Shown piece after piece: positions 13,800 through 24,331 of a stretch of DNA of 56,641 nucleotides. The notes beneath the pieces were generated by a model, which was not told the origin of the DNA, did no database searches, and saw only the letters and a list, made by a program, of their open reading frames with translations. Numbering within the stretch: the first letter of the stretch is position 1; the number at the start of each line of letters is the position of its first letter. The position numbers were made by a program, and so were the translations under genes. Origin of the DNA: Azolla caroliniana (Eukaryota > Plantae > Polypodiophyta); the NCBI GenBank assembly GCA_043228905.1, contig JBHGNT010000190.1:1-56641 (forward strand), written 5' to 3'.

Positions 13800-15060
13800 T
13801 ATTTTTTAATGACTGAATTAGGGTGGGTTTGAATATTAAGGTTTCACGAAGTAAGGAGAAGACCTCTCGGAAAACAGAGGAAATTCAGATTTTCTCATCC
13901 TCCTCTGTTTCTCTTTCTGTGTGTTTGTGTTTCCATGGTTCTTCTTCTTCCATGCATTTTCACACCTTTCTTTACATATATAATATAACCCCCAAAAAAG
14001 AACAAACGAACGAAATTTGAAAAGGTTCAACATTTTATTAATCCGGTAGACCGACCGACCGACCGTGTCATGGAGCGAACACGAAACAGTGACGGACACG
14101 ACATGGCCCATACACTCCAGTGCTAGAAAGGAGGTGGAATGTCTTGAAAAGAAGAATAAGGAGAAGAACATGCACGCATTGGGGCCCATGGCATGAGTGG
14201 GTAGAAGTGGCGAAATAAAAGGATGGAATCTATCGAGCATCATGTTAAAGGAATAGCAAAATCGCTCGATGGATCAAGGTGGGTGTCCTCTAACAAGCGT
14301 TGACATGATAAATGCCATCCATCTATCATTGAAGAAGATGCCAAACTGATGATGAGGGCTCTAGATTCGTTTCATGTTGTTTGTTGTTGAACGGGCCAAG
14401 AAAAGGGCAGGTTGCCTAACTAACGGCCCCGATGGCACAACCGAGTTCTCTTTGTCTTTTTTTGGACACCTGACACACTTGCATCGTGAGGAATATAGAT
14501 ATCGCGAAATGGATCTTCTCCGATTTGTAAGAAGGGAAAAAACTCCTAACCCCGCAAGACAAAAGCTCAAAATGATTTAATGCTTGGCTATGTAACCATC
14601 TTCCTGAAATTGCCTCCAATGAAGAAACAAAATTATTAATGGTAAGAGACCCAAATTTATTAATGGTTAAGAGACCCAAATTTATTAATGGTAAGAGACC
14701 CAAATTTATCAGTCTGAAAGGCGATGTAACTAGTCTCATTTTCTTGAACCTGATCGGAGGGAGATTCCCCAATCTATATGTATAAGCCTCCTTGTAGAGT
14801 CTCTTTGTAATAATCCTTCGTAACTAATGGGAAAGTAGCTTCATTTTGGAAAATAAAATAAAATGGTAAGAGACCCAAATATGTAAAGGAATTAAAAGGG
14901 GCATTTGAGGAGATAACCAAAAGCCTGTTTTTTGCTTGGGTGTGTTTTGTTTGGGGGGCATCCTGGGAAATACAGGAAAGCCGGCTGAAAGCAGACAACG
15001 ACGACATCTCTCGCCCCTCTCTATCGTCTGTGATGATAGACACAGTGAACAAGTCAGAGC
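13800..15060. promoter_or_regulatory. Divergent (head-to-head) intergenic/promoter region between AAH and the PPR gene
   Basis: The two start codons are ~1.27 kb apart in divergent orientation. (ACCG)4 at 14050-14065 gives overlapping DRE/CRT cores ACCGAC. GGCCCA site II motifs lie at ~14105 and ~14183. Function is inferred only. Confidence 0.5.
14638..14880 (+). mobile_element. Severely 5'-truncated LINE insertion (~145 bp, 3' UTR + A-rich tail) with a 19-bp TSD that is triplicated on the 5' side
   Basis: 14716-14860 aligns with the LINE 3' end at 23577-23711 (shared GATCGGAGG, TGTAATAATCCTTC, TAACTAATGGGAAAGTAGCTT, TTTGGAAAA). AATGGTAAGAGACCCAAAT occurs at 14862-14880 and at 14638, 14662 (1-nt insertion) and 14687. 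Confidence 0.85.
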
Positions 15061-15061
15061 T

Positions 15062-17614
15062 ATGGAGCTTGGCCATCATCGGCATCGTGATGGCCTCACA
15101 CGTGATTACTCATCACCCTCACTCCGTCGTCGCCCTAAGAAAACTTCTGCTGAAGTTCGAATCTTCCCGAAAGCCCAACAGCTGCATTCTGATCAGCTGC
15201 AAAAACCTAACCAGACCCCTTCCTCCCTCTCTAGCTCTCTCATAATTGGCTATGTCAAATCGGGCGATCCAAGGCGAGCTCTCGATGTGTATCAACAACA
15301 CATGGCATCGTGCCCTCCCCCTCCTCCTCATGATGATGATGATTCACACGTTCATGATCTTAGTTCACCTGCCTTTGTGGCCCTGCTTAAAGCTTGTGCG
15401 AAGCTACGTGACCTGAAGCTAGGATGTGAAATACATGCCTTCATCAATCGTGACAGAGGTGACCTTGAAAACAATGTCTTTATTGGTAGCACATTAGTTG
15501 ATATGTATGCGAAATGTGGCTTGATTTCAAAAGCTCGGGTTGTATTCGATATGCTTCCATTTAGGAATGTTGTCACGTGGAATGCCTTAATCATGGGGTA
15601 TGTCAAGGCAGGGCTTGGTCGAGAAGCCATTATTTGTTTTGATGATCTGCGAGAAGAAGGGATCTCTCCAAATTTGGCTACCTTTATTTCTGTATCGAAA
15701 GCTTGTATCAATTGTGGAGATGTTGATGTTGCCCAAAGAATCTTTGTCGAAATTGCAGAACAGGGTCTAGAAAGTGACCTTCTTGCAGGTAGTGCATTCG
15801 TTGACATGTTTGCTAAGCTTGGATTACTTGAGAAATCACAAAGAGTATTCAACAAGCTTCCAGTGAAGGATGTGGTCTCCTGGACATCTCTCATTGCTGG
15901 ATACGCGGAACATGGGAATAGTGAGGAAGCATTGAACTTTTTAGATCAGATGCAGCTTGAAGGTATACATCCGAATTCTATAACATATACTTGTGCCCTG
16001 AAATCTTGTGGAAACTTACAAAGCATACAAAAAGGTAGAGAATTGCACTCTGAGATTGCAAGAAAAGGCATGTTGGACAAAGATATCGAGCTTGACAATG
16101 CATTGGTCGATATGTATATGAAATGTGGATTTATGGAAAATGCACGAGAAGTGTTTGATGGGATATCGGTTCCAGATGTAGTTTCATGGAATATATTAAT
16201 TATAGGTTATACTGAACATGAATCAGGAGAAGAAGCTCTCCGATGTTTGGACCGAATGCAATATGATGGTCTTACTCCAGATCCCATCACATTTGTAAGT
16301 GCCTTGAAAGCATGTGCAAATATAAATGATGTAATGAAAGGAGCTCAAATACACGAGGAAGTTGCTAAACAAGGTTTATTAGAAAAGAACTTGGTGGTTG
16401 GAAATACATTGATTGATATGTATGGCAAATGTGGTTTGCCAGGAAAAGCACAGGATGTGTTCAATATGCTTCCAATTCGCAACATCATCTCATGGACTGC
16501 CCTTATGTCTGGATATGTTGACCAGCATTACAATAGAGAGGTCCTTTACTGGTTTTATAAAATGCAAGAAGAAGGGTTGATTCCTGATGCTGCTGCATTT
16601 TCATGTGGCTTGAAAGCTTGTGGTAGTCTAGGAGCCATTTGCAAGGGCCAAGAAATCCATTTAGAAATCGTGAAAAAAGGATTGGAAATAGAAAATCTCA
16701 TTGGTAGCATATTGGTTTATATGTACGCTAAGTGCCACGCCCTTGTAGAAGCACAAGATGTATTTGATAAATTGCCTGTCCAAGATGTTGTCTCATGGAC
16801 TTGTCTGATCACAGGATATACAGAGAATGGGCAAGGTGGCAAAGCATTAAACTGTTTAGAGAAGCTGCAACATGCAGGCCTCATTCCAAATTCTGTAACA
16901 TATCTTTGCAGCTTGAAAGCTTGTGGTTATGTAGGAGCAGTAGAAAAGGGTAAAAACATTCATGCTGATATTGTTCAGAGAACTTCCTTGGAAAGAGACC
17001 TTGTTGTTGGCATCGCACTCATTGACATGTATGCGAAATGTGGCTTAGTTGCAAATGCATTGGAAGTATTTGAAAAACTTCCGGAACGAGATATAGTCTC
17101 ATGGAATGCATTAGCCACAGGGTATGCGTTGCTCGGTGAAAGTAGAAAGGTCTTTCATGTTGTTGATAGAATGTTGGAGGAAAGTGAAGTTCCAAACCCA
17201 GTAACATTTATCAGTGTTCTTAATGCATGTACTCATCAGGGTCTAGTCAACAAAGGGCGAACCTATTTTGAGTATATGAGTGGATACTATGGCATCATCC
17301 CAAACCAAGAACACTTTACGTGCATAATCGATCTTCTTGGCCGAACTGGCCAATTAGATGAAGCTATTGGAATAGTTAAGAAGATGAATGTTGAACCTGA
17401 TGTGGTGATGTGGCATACCGTGTTGAGTGCTTGCCAGAAGTGGGGCCATTCAGATCTCGGAAAGGTAGCCTTTGAGTGTGCAGTGCATTTGGATGAGAAG
17501 AGTGCAGCAGCATATGTCTGTATGTCTAACATTTATGCAGATGTCCGCTTGCAGAAAGAAATAAAAAAGGTAGAAATATTCACACATATGGATCAAACAT
17601 GGAAGGGGAAGTGA
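15062..17614 (+). CDS. PLS-class pentatricopeptide repeat protein, E subgroup (no DYW); probable organellar RNA-editing specificity factor
   Basis: Intronless ORF with about 6 P-L-S triplets (VVSWTSLIAGY / ITYTCALKSC / LVDMYMKCG), then P2-L2-S2 and E motifs (PDVVMWHTVLSACQKWG; AAAYVCMSNIYA). The ORF track starts at a TTG (14936); the first in-frame ATG is 15062. Confidence 0.92.
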   Translation: MELGHHRHRDGLTRDYSSPSLRRRPKKTSAEVRIFPKAQQLHSDQLQKPNQTPSSLSSSLIIGYVKSGDPRRALDVYQQHMASCPPPPPHDDDDSHVHDLSSPAFVALLKACAKLRDLKLGCEIHAFINRDRGDLENNVFIGSTLVDMYAKCGLISKARVVFDMLPFRNVVTWNALIMGYVKAGLGREAIICFDDLREEGISPNLATFISVSKACINCGDVDVAQRIFVEIAEQGLESDLLAGSAFVDMFAKLGLLEKSQRVFNKLPVKDVVSWTSLIAGYAEHGNSEEALNFLDQMQLEGIHPNSITYTCALKSCGNLQSIQKGRELHSEIARKGMLDKDIELDNALVDMYMKCGFMENAREVFDGISVPDVVSWNILIIGYTEHESGEEALRCLDRMQYDGLTPDPITFVSALKACANINDVMKGAQIHEEVAKQGLLEKNLVVGNTLIDMYGKCGLPGKAQDVFNMLPIRNIISWTALMSGYVDQHYNREVLYWFYKMQEEGLIPDAAAFSCGLKACGSLGAICKGQEIHLEIVKKGLEIENLIGSILVYMYAKCHALVEAQDVFDKLPVQDVVSWTCLITGYTENGQGGKALNCLEKLQHAGLIPNSVTYLCSLKACGYVGAVEKGKNIHADIVQRTSLERDLVVGIALIDMYAKCGLVANALEVFEKLPERDIVSWNALATGYALLGESRKVFHVVDRMLEESEVPNPVTFISVLNACTHQGLVNKGRTYFEYMSGYYGIIPNQEHFTCIIDLLGRTGQLDEAIGIVKKMNVEPDVVMWHTVLSACQKWGHSDLGKVAFECAVHLDEKSAAAYVCMSNIYADVRLQKEIKKVEIFTHMDQTWKGK

Positions 17615-18839
17615 CATAAATGGTGAACCACGGGCTAGTGGTATTGGATGGATGCTAATGTGAATTTGTGGATGTATATTTGAAGAAGTATGGGCTGAAT
17701 ACCTCATGTTCCTCCGCAATGACTGTGGGAGCTCAGGTATAAAAGCTCCATATAAACTTCTGTAATGAGGACCTACGGGCAACACTGAGACAGAATTGAT
17801 GATAAAAGATTTATGGGGTGAAACAAGAACATACAAGCTGCTTATTTTGTGTGCCTGTGTATATCGCCCATTTGAAAAGTAAGAACAGAGAGATTTGACC
17901 CTAGACCCAGAGGAAATGACAACTTCTGCCCTATGTAGGTAGCCTTGGGAATCTAGTGGAACTATCTCTCTCACTAGCACCAAAGAGGATGGTAAACTAA
18001 GTGTATGTAAATGGAAAATAATGTATCTTTGGGGGAGAGCTGCTGGCCACCTGGCATCAATTACATCTGTGTGAGGTCATGTTTGGTGGGTTGGAGCTAT
18101 TAAGGTGTCAGTAAGATCCAATGATTTGATAAAACATAGCCAAGAACTTCTACTTCATTCGTGTAAAACGGACTTCTATTAAACAAGTCATATTTTTATT
18201 ATATTAAAATCCATAGCTTTGTCATAAACATCCTAGCTACACAACACAACATCAGTAAGTTAAGAAAGATATTATTCGTAATTCAGCTAAATGTAGCTGA
18301 TGTATTCATGAGAACAAAAGTGATAACTTTGAATTAGAGATATCTAGAATAAAGGCTAGGGATGGATCAACCATGGAACAAAGAGACATTTCTTGTCTCG
18401 TTGTGTATCATTTACTATATGGAAATTATAAGGCAACTCATAGTGTTTCCCTTACCTTTGAGTCTTCGACTACCAATCTAATAATAGACATATACTTGAT
18501 GGCATTCCAAAGTTAGCATATATGTCAATGAATGGCAATTCAAGGTTGAATCAGAAAAGTGCTAATTAGTGAATGAAATAATTTCTCCAAGATTGAAATA
18601 GAAAATTGACAAAAATTTAACAAAATGTCATGATTTCAAAATGTCAATAATATGTATATCCATATTATATACTTATTATCCATAACTCCCTTATAGAGTG
18701 TTTTGCTTTTATGCTTTATTGGCTAATAGCTATCTTGGTGTATTGCACTATGGTCCATTCACAATCTCTCTCTTGAACTCGAGGACAACCCATCTTTGCT
18801 ATTTACTGAATTATAAAATTTGCAACATTTGCAAAATTA

Positions 18840-19660
18840 TTTCTTCATGGACTTTTAGAATCAAGATGATCTTGTTGAATATAAGCTTATGAGGGCTTTA
18901 TGGTCAATACACATCCTAATTTATCTATTGTCTTATATAATGTATTGCATAGAATACATAATATTTTGGCATGTGATTCTCCTAAGATTAAAGAAATATA
19001 TATATTGAATTGAATACCCCAAAAAAAGTCTCCACACAAAATGTAACTATGTCGAACTATAATAGAAAATAAGTTTGTTGGGCATTGCAATTAATAATCT
19101 TGGTTGAAAAAGTACTACTAGATGTAATCCAATCACAAAGTGCCACAACAAGACGTGGTAATTACTAATTTGTTTGGTGGGAGGGGGCATTCATTTAATT
19201 TGGATGGGGATGTAGGTCATAACAAAAGCAATATGTTTCTTCTTTATTTAAAATTTTATGGACATAATACACATGGTGACTTGATGGCATGTTTGGTTAC
19301 CAATGTGCTACGATCTTCAATCATTGTGGAAACATATCCATGGCAGTGTGCAATCAAAATACTTCAAGAGTAAATTATCTGTAACCATGATTTCAATCAA
19401 AACTTACAATGAAGAAAGTGCACTAATCCAACTAAAATTATGAATTATTTTAAACAAAAATGGCTATTGTATGCGATCTCAAATTCAAATTATGAAGATA
19501 TCTTTGTAGCATTTGAAAAAGTAGAAAGAGGTTCATCTCCCGATCATGACCTTTTATAACATGCTCCCTTTGAAACATTTTTTATCTTGTTTGATTTATT
19601 GTTGATTGATTGTTATGGTTGTTCACATTAATGTCTACTCACCACATCATACCCATATCC
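18840..19660 (+). pseudogene. Possible highly decayed PIF/Harbinger DDE transposase relic, interrupted by the LINE
   Basis: Ordered short motif echoes in shifting frames: FRIK (18854), LDGM (19280), MAIVCDLKF (19460), GSSPDH (19530), LLT (19635). Weak evidence. Confidence 0.3.
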
Positions 19661-19720
19661 TTAGACTAGACAACCCATCCTACTCATCTATGGGACATTG
19701 TCACAAAGTTTAACCCCTCT

Positions 19721-22700
19721 TCGTTGCACTTTTCTAGAGCCGTCGGGAATGCTAGGGGCGGTAGTCTTGCACGGCTAGACCGCATATACATCAGCTCATC
19801 CCTCGAAGAGCTCGGGGGCTCCTTTGCTATCTTGGCAGGTCTTACCTTTTCAGATCATTAGCCGGTGAGACTAGACCTTAACCCACCCAACGATAGCAAG
19901 GGCAGTCTCAATGTAAAGATCCCCATAAAGATCATGAAGAGTGAAGCGGTGAAGGCCGGTTTACAGAGTATATGGCAAGACACCATGGGCAATAAATCAG
20001 CCAGCGAAGATCTGCAGAAAAAAGATCATGAAGAGTGAAGCGGTGAAGGCCGGTTTACAGAGTATATGGCAGGACACCATGGGCAATAAATCAGCCAGCG
20101 AAGATCTGCAGAAAAAATTGGCCCTGTCCTCCTTTTTACAACAAGAGACCAAGCGCGCCCTCCAACAGGTTAGAGCCATCGAAACAAAATTAAGGAAGGC
20201 CGTTGCGGCAGCGCAACGGCTGTTACAGGTAGACCCTAGTTGCAAATGGTCTAGAGCTAAGCTAGAGGAAGCAAAGATGAAGGTACAGGAAAGGACTCTG
20301 GAGAAGAACCGAATGTTGTTTCGAAGAAACGCAGCATGGTGGGCTAGAAAAGACGACAAGGTCAACCGACATTTCTTTCACTATAAGGCACCCAAGGGTG
20401 GTGGTGGACGTATACACGGGCTGCGCAAACCAGACGGCTCAATAACGGAGGACAAGACTGAGGTTCTGGAAATGGCAACACAATACTATCGTGACCTCCT
20501 CGCACCTATGCATGTGAGGCAAAACTTGGAGTTGGCTGATCGAGTGATGTCTTGCATTCACCCCAAGGTAACCCAAGAGATAGAAGTTGTGCTCGATAGT
20601 CCCATCTCTCGTTTAGAGCTCTCGGAGGCACTTAGGGGATTGCGAAGGGGTGCATGCCCCGGCCCTGATGGTCTCTCACGAGATTTCTTTGAGATTCAGT
20701 GGGAATGTGTTATCCCGTCCTTGGAAGCTGGGTTCCAAGAGATTTGGTCCTCAGGAAAGATGCCGATTGGTCTGGCTGAGGGGATGATATATCTCATCCC
20801 CAAATCCCAAGAGCGAAGCCTAGAGTTGCGCCAATGGCGTCCAATCACGATCCTTAACACGGCATACAAGATACTCGCTAAAGTCCTAGCTCAGCGATTA
20901 GCAAGCTTCTTACCGGACATCATACACGACAATCAAACTGGGTTTGTCAAGAACAGGTGTATCTTTGATAATGTGTTGCTTCTTTGGGAAGCTATGGCAT
21001 TGGCCAGTCACTCCGTATCGAGCTCGGCTATTCTGATGCTAGACTTCGAGAAGGCCTACGATAGGGTGTTATGGCCCTTTTTGGAAAATGTGATGAGAGC
21101 TTTGGGCCTACCTCAAAAATGGAGGAATTGTACTTTTGCACTCTATCGGACAGCTACGAGTAGCGTGCTGATGGCTGGATCTAGGGGACCCGCCTTCCAA
21201 CTACAACGCTCAGTGAGGCAAGGTTGTCCCCTAGCCCCATATCTCTATCTCTTTGTAACCGAGGCTTTCTCCGCCTACTTACAAGCACCAACTAGCTGGC
21301 TGCGGGGATTGCCCATCCCCAATGCGACTAAAGATTTGTTGTTATCTGAATATGCTGACGATACGGTTCTTTTCTTGCAAGGTGATGAGGAGAATTTACA
21401 GCGGGCTGAACATCTTGTCGAGGACTTTTGTCAGGCGGCTGGTGCCAAGATCAATTGGAATAAAACCCAAGGTCTATGGTTCAGCGAACAGGAGACATCA
21501 AGATGGCAACCCCATGCCGATTTTACGTGGGTCCCTAGTGGGACGACTTTCAAGTACCTTGGATTTACGATGGGGAGGTCAATCCCCAAGGGAGCGCAAT
21601 TGGCCCACGTACAAGCCAAAATAAGTAAGAAGCTGAACCAGTGGAGTAGATCTAAATTGTCCTTCGCTGGGGGTCCTTGTGGCGAACCAAGTGCTGCTCG
21701 CTACCATGTGGCACTCAGTCTCATGCTGGATTATGGACCCTGCAGGTTTGCACGCGATTAAGGCTGCCATTAGGGGGTTTATATGGTCAGGTAAGGACAA
21801 CCCAAGGGCTGCCGCCAGAGTCTCATGGTGTTGGTTAACGCAACCACGGGCCAAAGGGGGGCTTGGCCTCATAGACCCCTTAATGCAGAGTCGTGCATTG
21901 CTGGCTAAAATGGTGGTTCGCTGCCTCCTGCCAGGTAAGGGGTGCTCGAAGGTACTTCGTCGCAACAGGCTGCAAGTAGGGACTCCCAAGTATGGTAGGC
22001 CTTGGCCCGACTCCTTGAATTGGTGTTGCACGAGCGGAGTCCCACCCAGGCTGGCTTGCCATCCGGAGGACAGGGTCACGAACTCCATCTTGCGGGCATG
22101 GTGCCATATACGACAACATTTGGTCAAGCACACCCCGGAGACATTGACCGAATGGACTAGACAGCCACTATTCTGGAATCCTCATGTGCGAACGAATGAC
22201 AACGCGATGCTAGGGCAACTTAAGGGCCTAGCATGGGGAAAGTTGGCACAAACAGGCCTCCTATCTATAGACGATTGGAGACGCATGGCCGATTCAGGAA
22301 GAGCCCAAGAGGACCTTTTCCCTCCCCTCAAGGGAGCTACGAAAATGCGGAGACTGATAGCTGAGGTAGTTGACAGGGTTCCGATGGGGGAGGCGAGAGA
22401 ACATGCATGGTTCGGTCTCTTTGACGAGGCTGGAATGGTCAAGTCGCTAAAGGGCATGAGCGGATCGGGGAGTGATACAGTCTTTGGGGACAGCCAGAGC
22501 AGCGGCTCTTGGCACCCAATCCGAGTGGTGGCACAGATTGATAACATCTGGAAGACAGACCCGGATGTTGCTAAGGTGGAAACCCATTGGAGGCTAAGGG
22601 TATACGGTTGTCGCCCCCTTGTCGATCTGGATTGGGACCCCGGGGATTTCAGATGGAAACATGACGATAGACTCCACCACTTCTTCGATTACACCACTAA

Positions 22701-23529
22701 ATTGGGTCGAACTTTGCGGTTGCAGCCAAGCGGCCCCCTTCGCAACGGCTGGCGAACATTGGGCATCCCCGATGAGGTGCTCACTGCCTTCTGGAAGGGT
22801 CTCTGGCGTCTCCACATGCCTGAAAAGATTAAGCTCTTTTGGTGGCAGATTGGTCATAATGTGGTGCCCGTTGGCGAATGGTTAGATAAACGTGGCGGCC
22901 CGTTAGGCTGCCCACTGTGCTCTCTACCTATTGAGTCTCTGAGACATTGTTTGTGGGATTGCCCTCAAGCTCAAAAGGTATGGGATAGAGTGACTCGCCT
23001 CCTTGTGGCATGTGAAGTTGAAGGAACAGCCTCGTGGAGCGCTGCGGCATGGATTGATCACTCGGTCGAAGGGTGGACGAACGCCGTCAATGCGGATAGT
23101 TGGTGCTATATATGCACGAGAGGCAAAATCGTCAAGATCCGTTTTGAAAGAGGCTTGCAACCCGCATCCCCTAGGTTTCCGGAAATCTGGATGTTGATCG
23201 CAGGTTTCACCTTGTGGTATATATGGAAAGCGCGTTGCCTCAAGGTCTTCCAAGGTATGGTACGGCCCCCGGAGGAAATGATCATGGACATATGGTTCGC
23301 GCTTATCAGCTGCCTACGAGGGCAACTGGAAGAGGTTTGCAGCCACTCCAACGACGTGACCACTGCCCGTTTGCGCTTTTGGCAGAAATGGCGGAACACA
23401 CCTATGGTGATGCAAGGCGGGAGTGGCCCGAGGTGGAACTACCAGCCCCCACGTTGGTTGTTTCCTACTCACCTGCCACCCTCTCTTCGGTGTAGGCCCC
23501 AAGAGCCGACTCGTATTAGGCAACATTGA
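19721..23529 (+). pseudogene. Disrupted LINE ORF2 (endonuclease end, reverse transcriptase, CCHC zinc finger)
   Basis: WRPITILNTAYKILAK, LDFEKAYDRV, QGCPLAPYLY, YADD and KYLG lie in ORF 20028-21761. GGLGL and CPLC...ESLRHCLWDC lie in ORF 21679-23529. Lesions: in-frame TAG right after SDH (~19860), a 94-bp duplication frameshift at ~19927-20115, and a frameshift at ~21670. Confidence 0.9.
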
Positions 23530-23711
23530 AGGGCATCGCCTTGGATACAGGTAGCTTCTTACATTAAGTTAGGCCGCAAGGCAATGTAAGTGGCTCATCT
23601 TCTTTGGCTTGATCGGAGGAAGTCTCCCCGATGTGTGTATAAGTCTCCTTATAGACTCTATGTAATAATCCTTCCTAACTAATGGGAAAGTAGCTTTACT
23701 TTGGAAAAAAA
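19721..23711 (+). mobile_element. L1-clade non-LTR retrotransposon (LINE), 5'-truncated within the endonuclease domain
   Basis: Perfect 16-bp TSD AAAGTTTAACCCCTCT at 19705-19720 and 23712-23727, with a poly-A tail at ~23705. ORF2 remnants: EN C-terminus (RLDRIY...SDH), RT and zf-RVT. Higher GC than the flanks. Confidence 0.95.
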
Positions 23712-24331
23712 AAAGTTTAACCCCTCTGAAGAAGAATTTTCTTTCTTGAAAACAAACTTGTGGTATAGTTTAAACAACACAATATTGTACACGTATACTT
23801 CGTGACTCTTGAGACGAGCATGCCATTTGAATAAAGCTTGGCAAATCATGATAGGGGTCAACGAGTTCTCTTGTTTGAAAAATCTAGAATATTTTATTAT
23901 CCATGTGATATGGAGGACACTTTGATATATGTAAAGACATTTTCGTTCATGACTTATATATTGTCATATTCTATGAAGCTTGCTTTTGTGAAAAATAGGA
24001 TTACACAAGTTTTCCCTCTTGAGATTTTAATGGGTAACTCGCCATGGGACACTAATCCTAGGGTATCCAAAACTTACTGTGAAACACATATTCCAAAAGA
24101 TAACTAGAATTGAGGATGAGCGTGTGTCAAGGGCACTCATTTACTCATTGTAAGCCGTCATTTTAAAAAAGAGACGACCTTCTACAATGGTAAGCACACC
24201 AAGCATACAATGCAAAGTATGCTGATGTCACTTTTGAATAAACCATTGAATGTTATTAGTATTGCAACCGAGACCTTTCCCACAAAATGTAGGTGCCTTG
24301 ATATTCTTCATAACAATTGCCGCCTCCACAC

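Noticed and set aside
14630-14710. 24-25-bp direct repeats resembling a CRISPR-like array
   Set aside because: There are no unique spacers and the context is eukaryotic. The repeats are explained as multiplied LINE target-site copies.
14936-15061. N-terminal extension of the PPR ORF from a TTG start
   Set aside because: There is no evidence for non-AUG initiation, so ATG 15062 is preferred, although the targeting peptide is not obvious.
15119-17983. Antisense ORFs over the PPR gene (likewise over the LINE, CIP7-like and second PPR genes)
   Set aside because: Shadow ORFs of long coding regions, with no recognisable motifs.
19705-19720. LINE target AAAGTTTAACCCCTCT as a telomere-repeat-like site
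   Set aside because: It does not match CCCTAAA, and the other TSDs in the window share no such motif.
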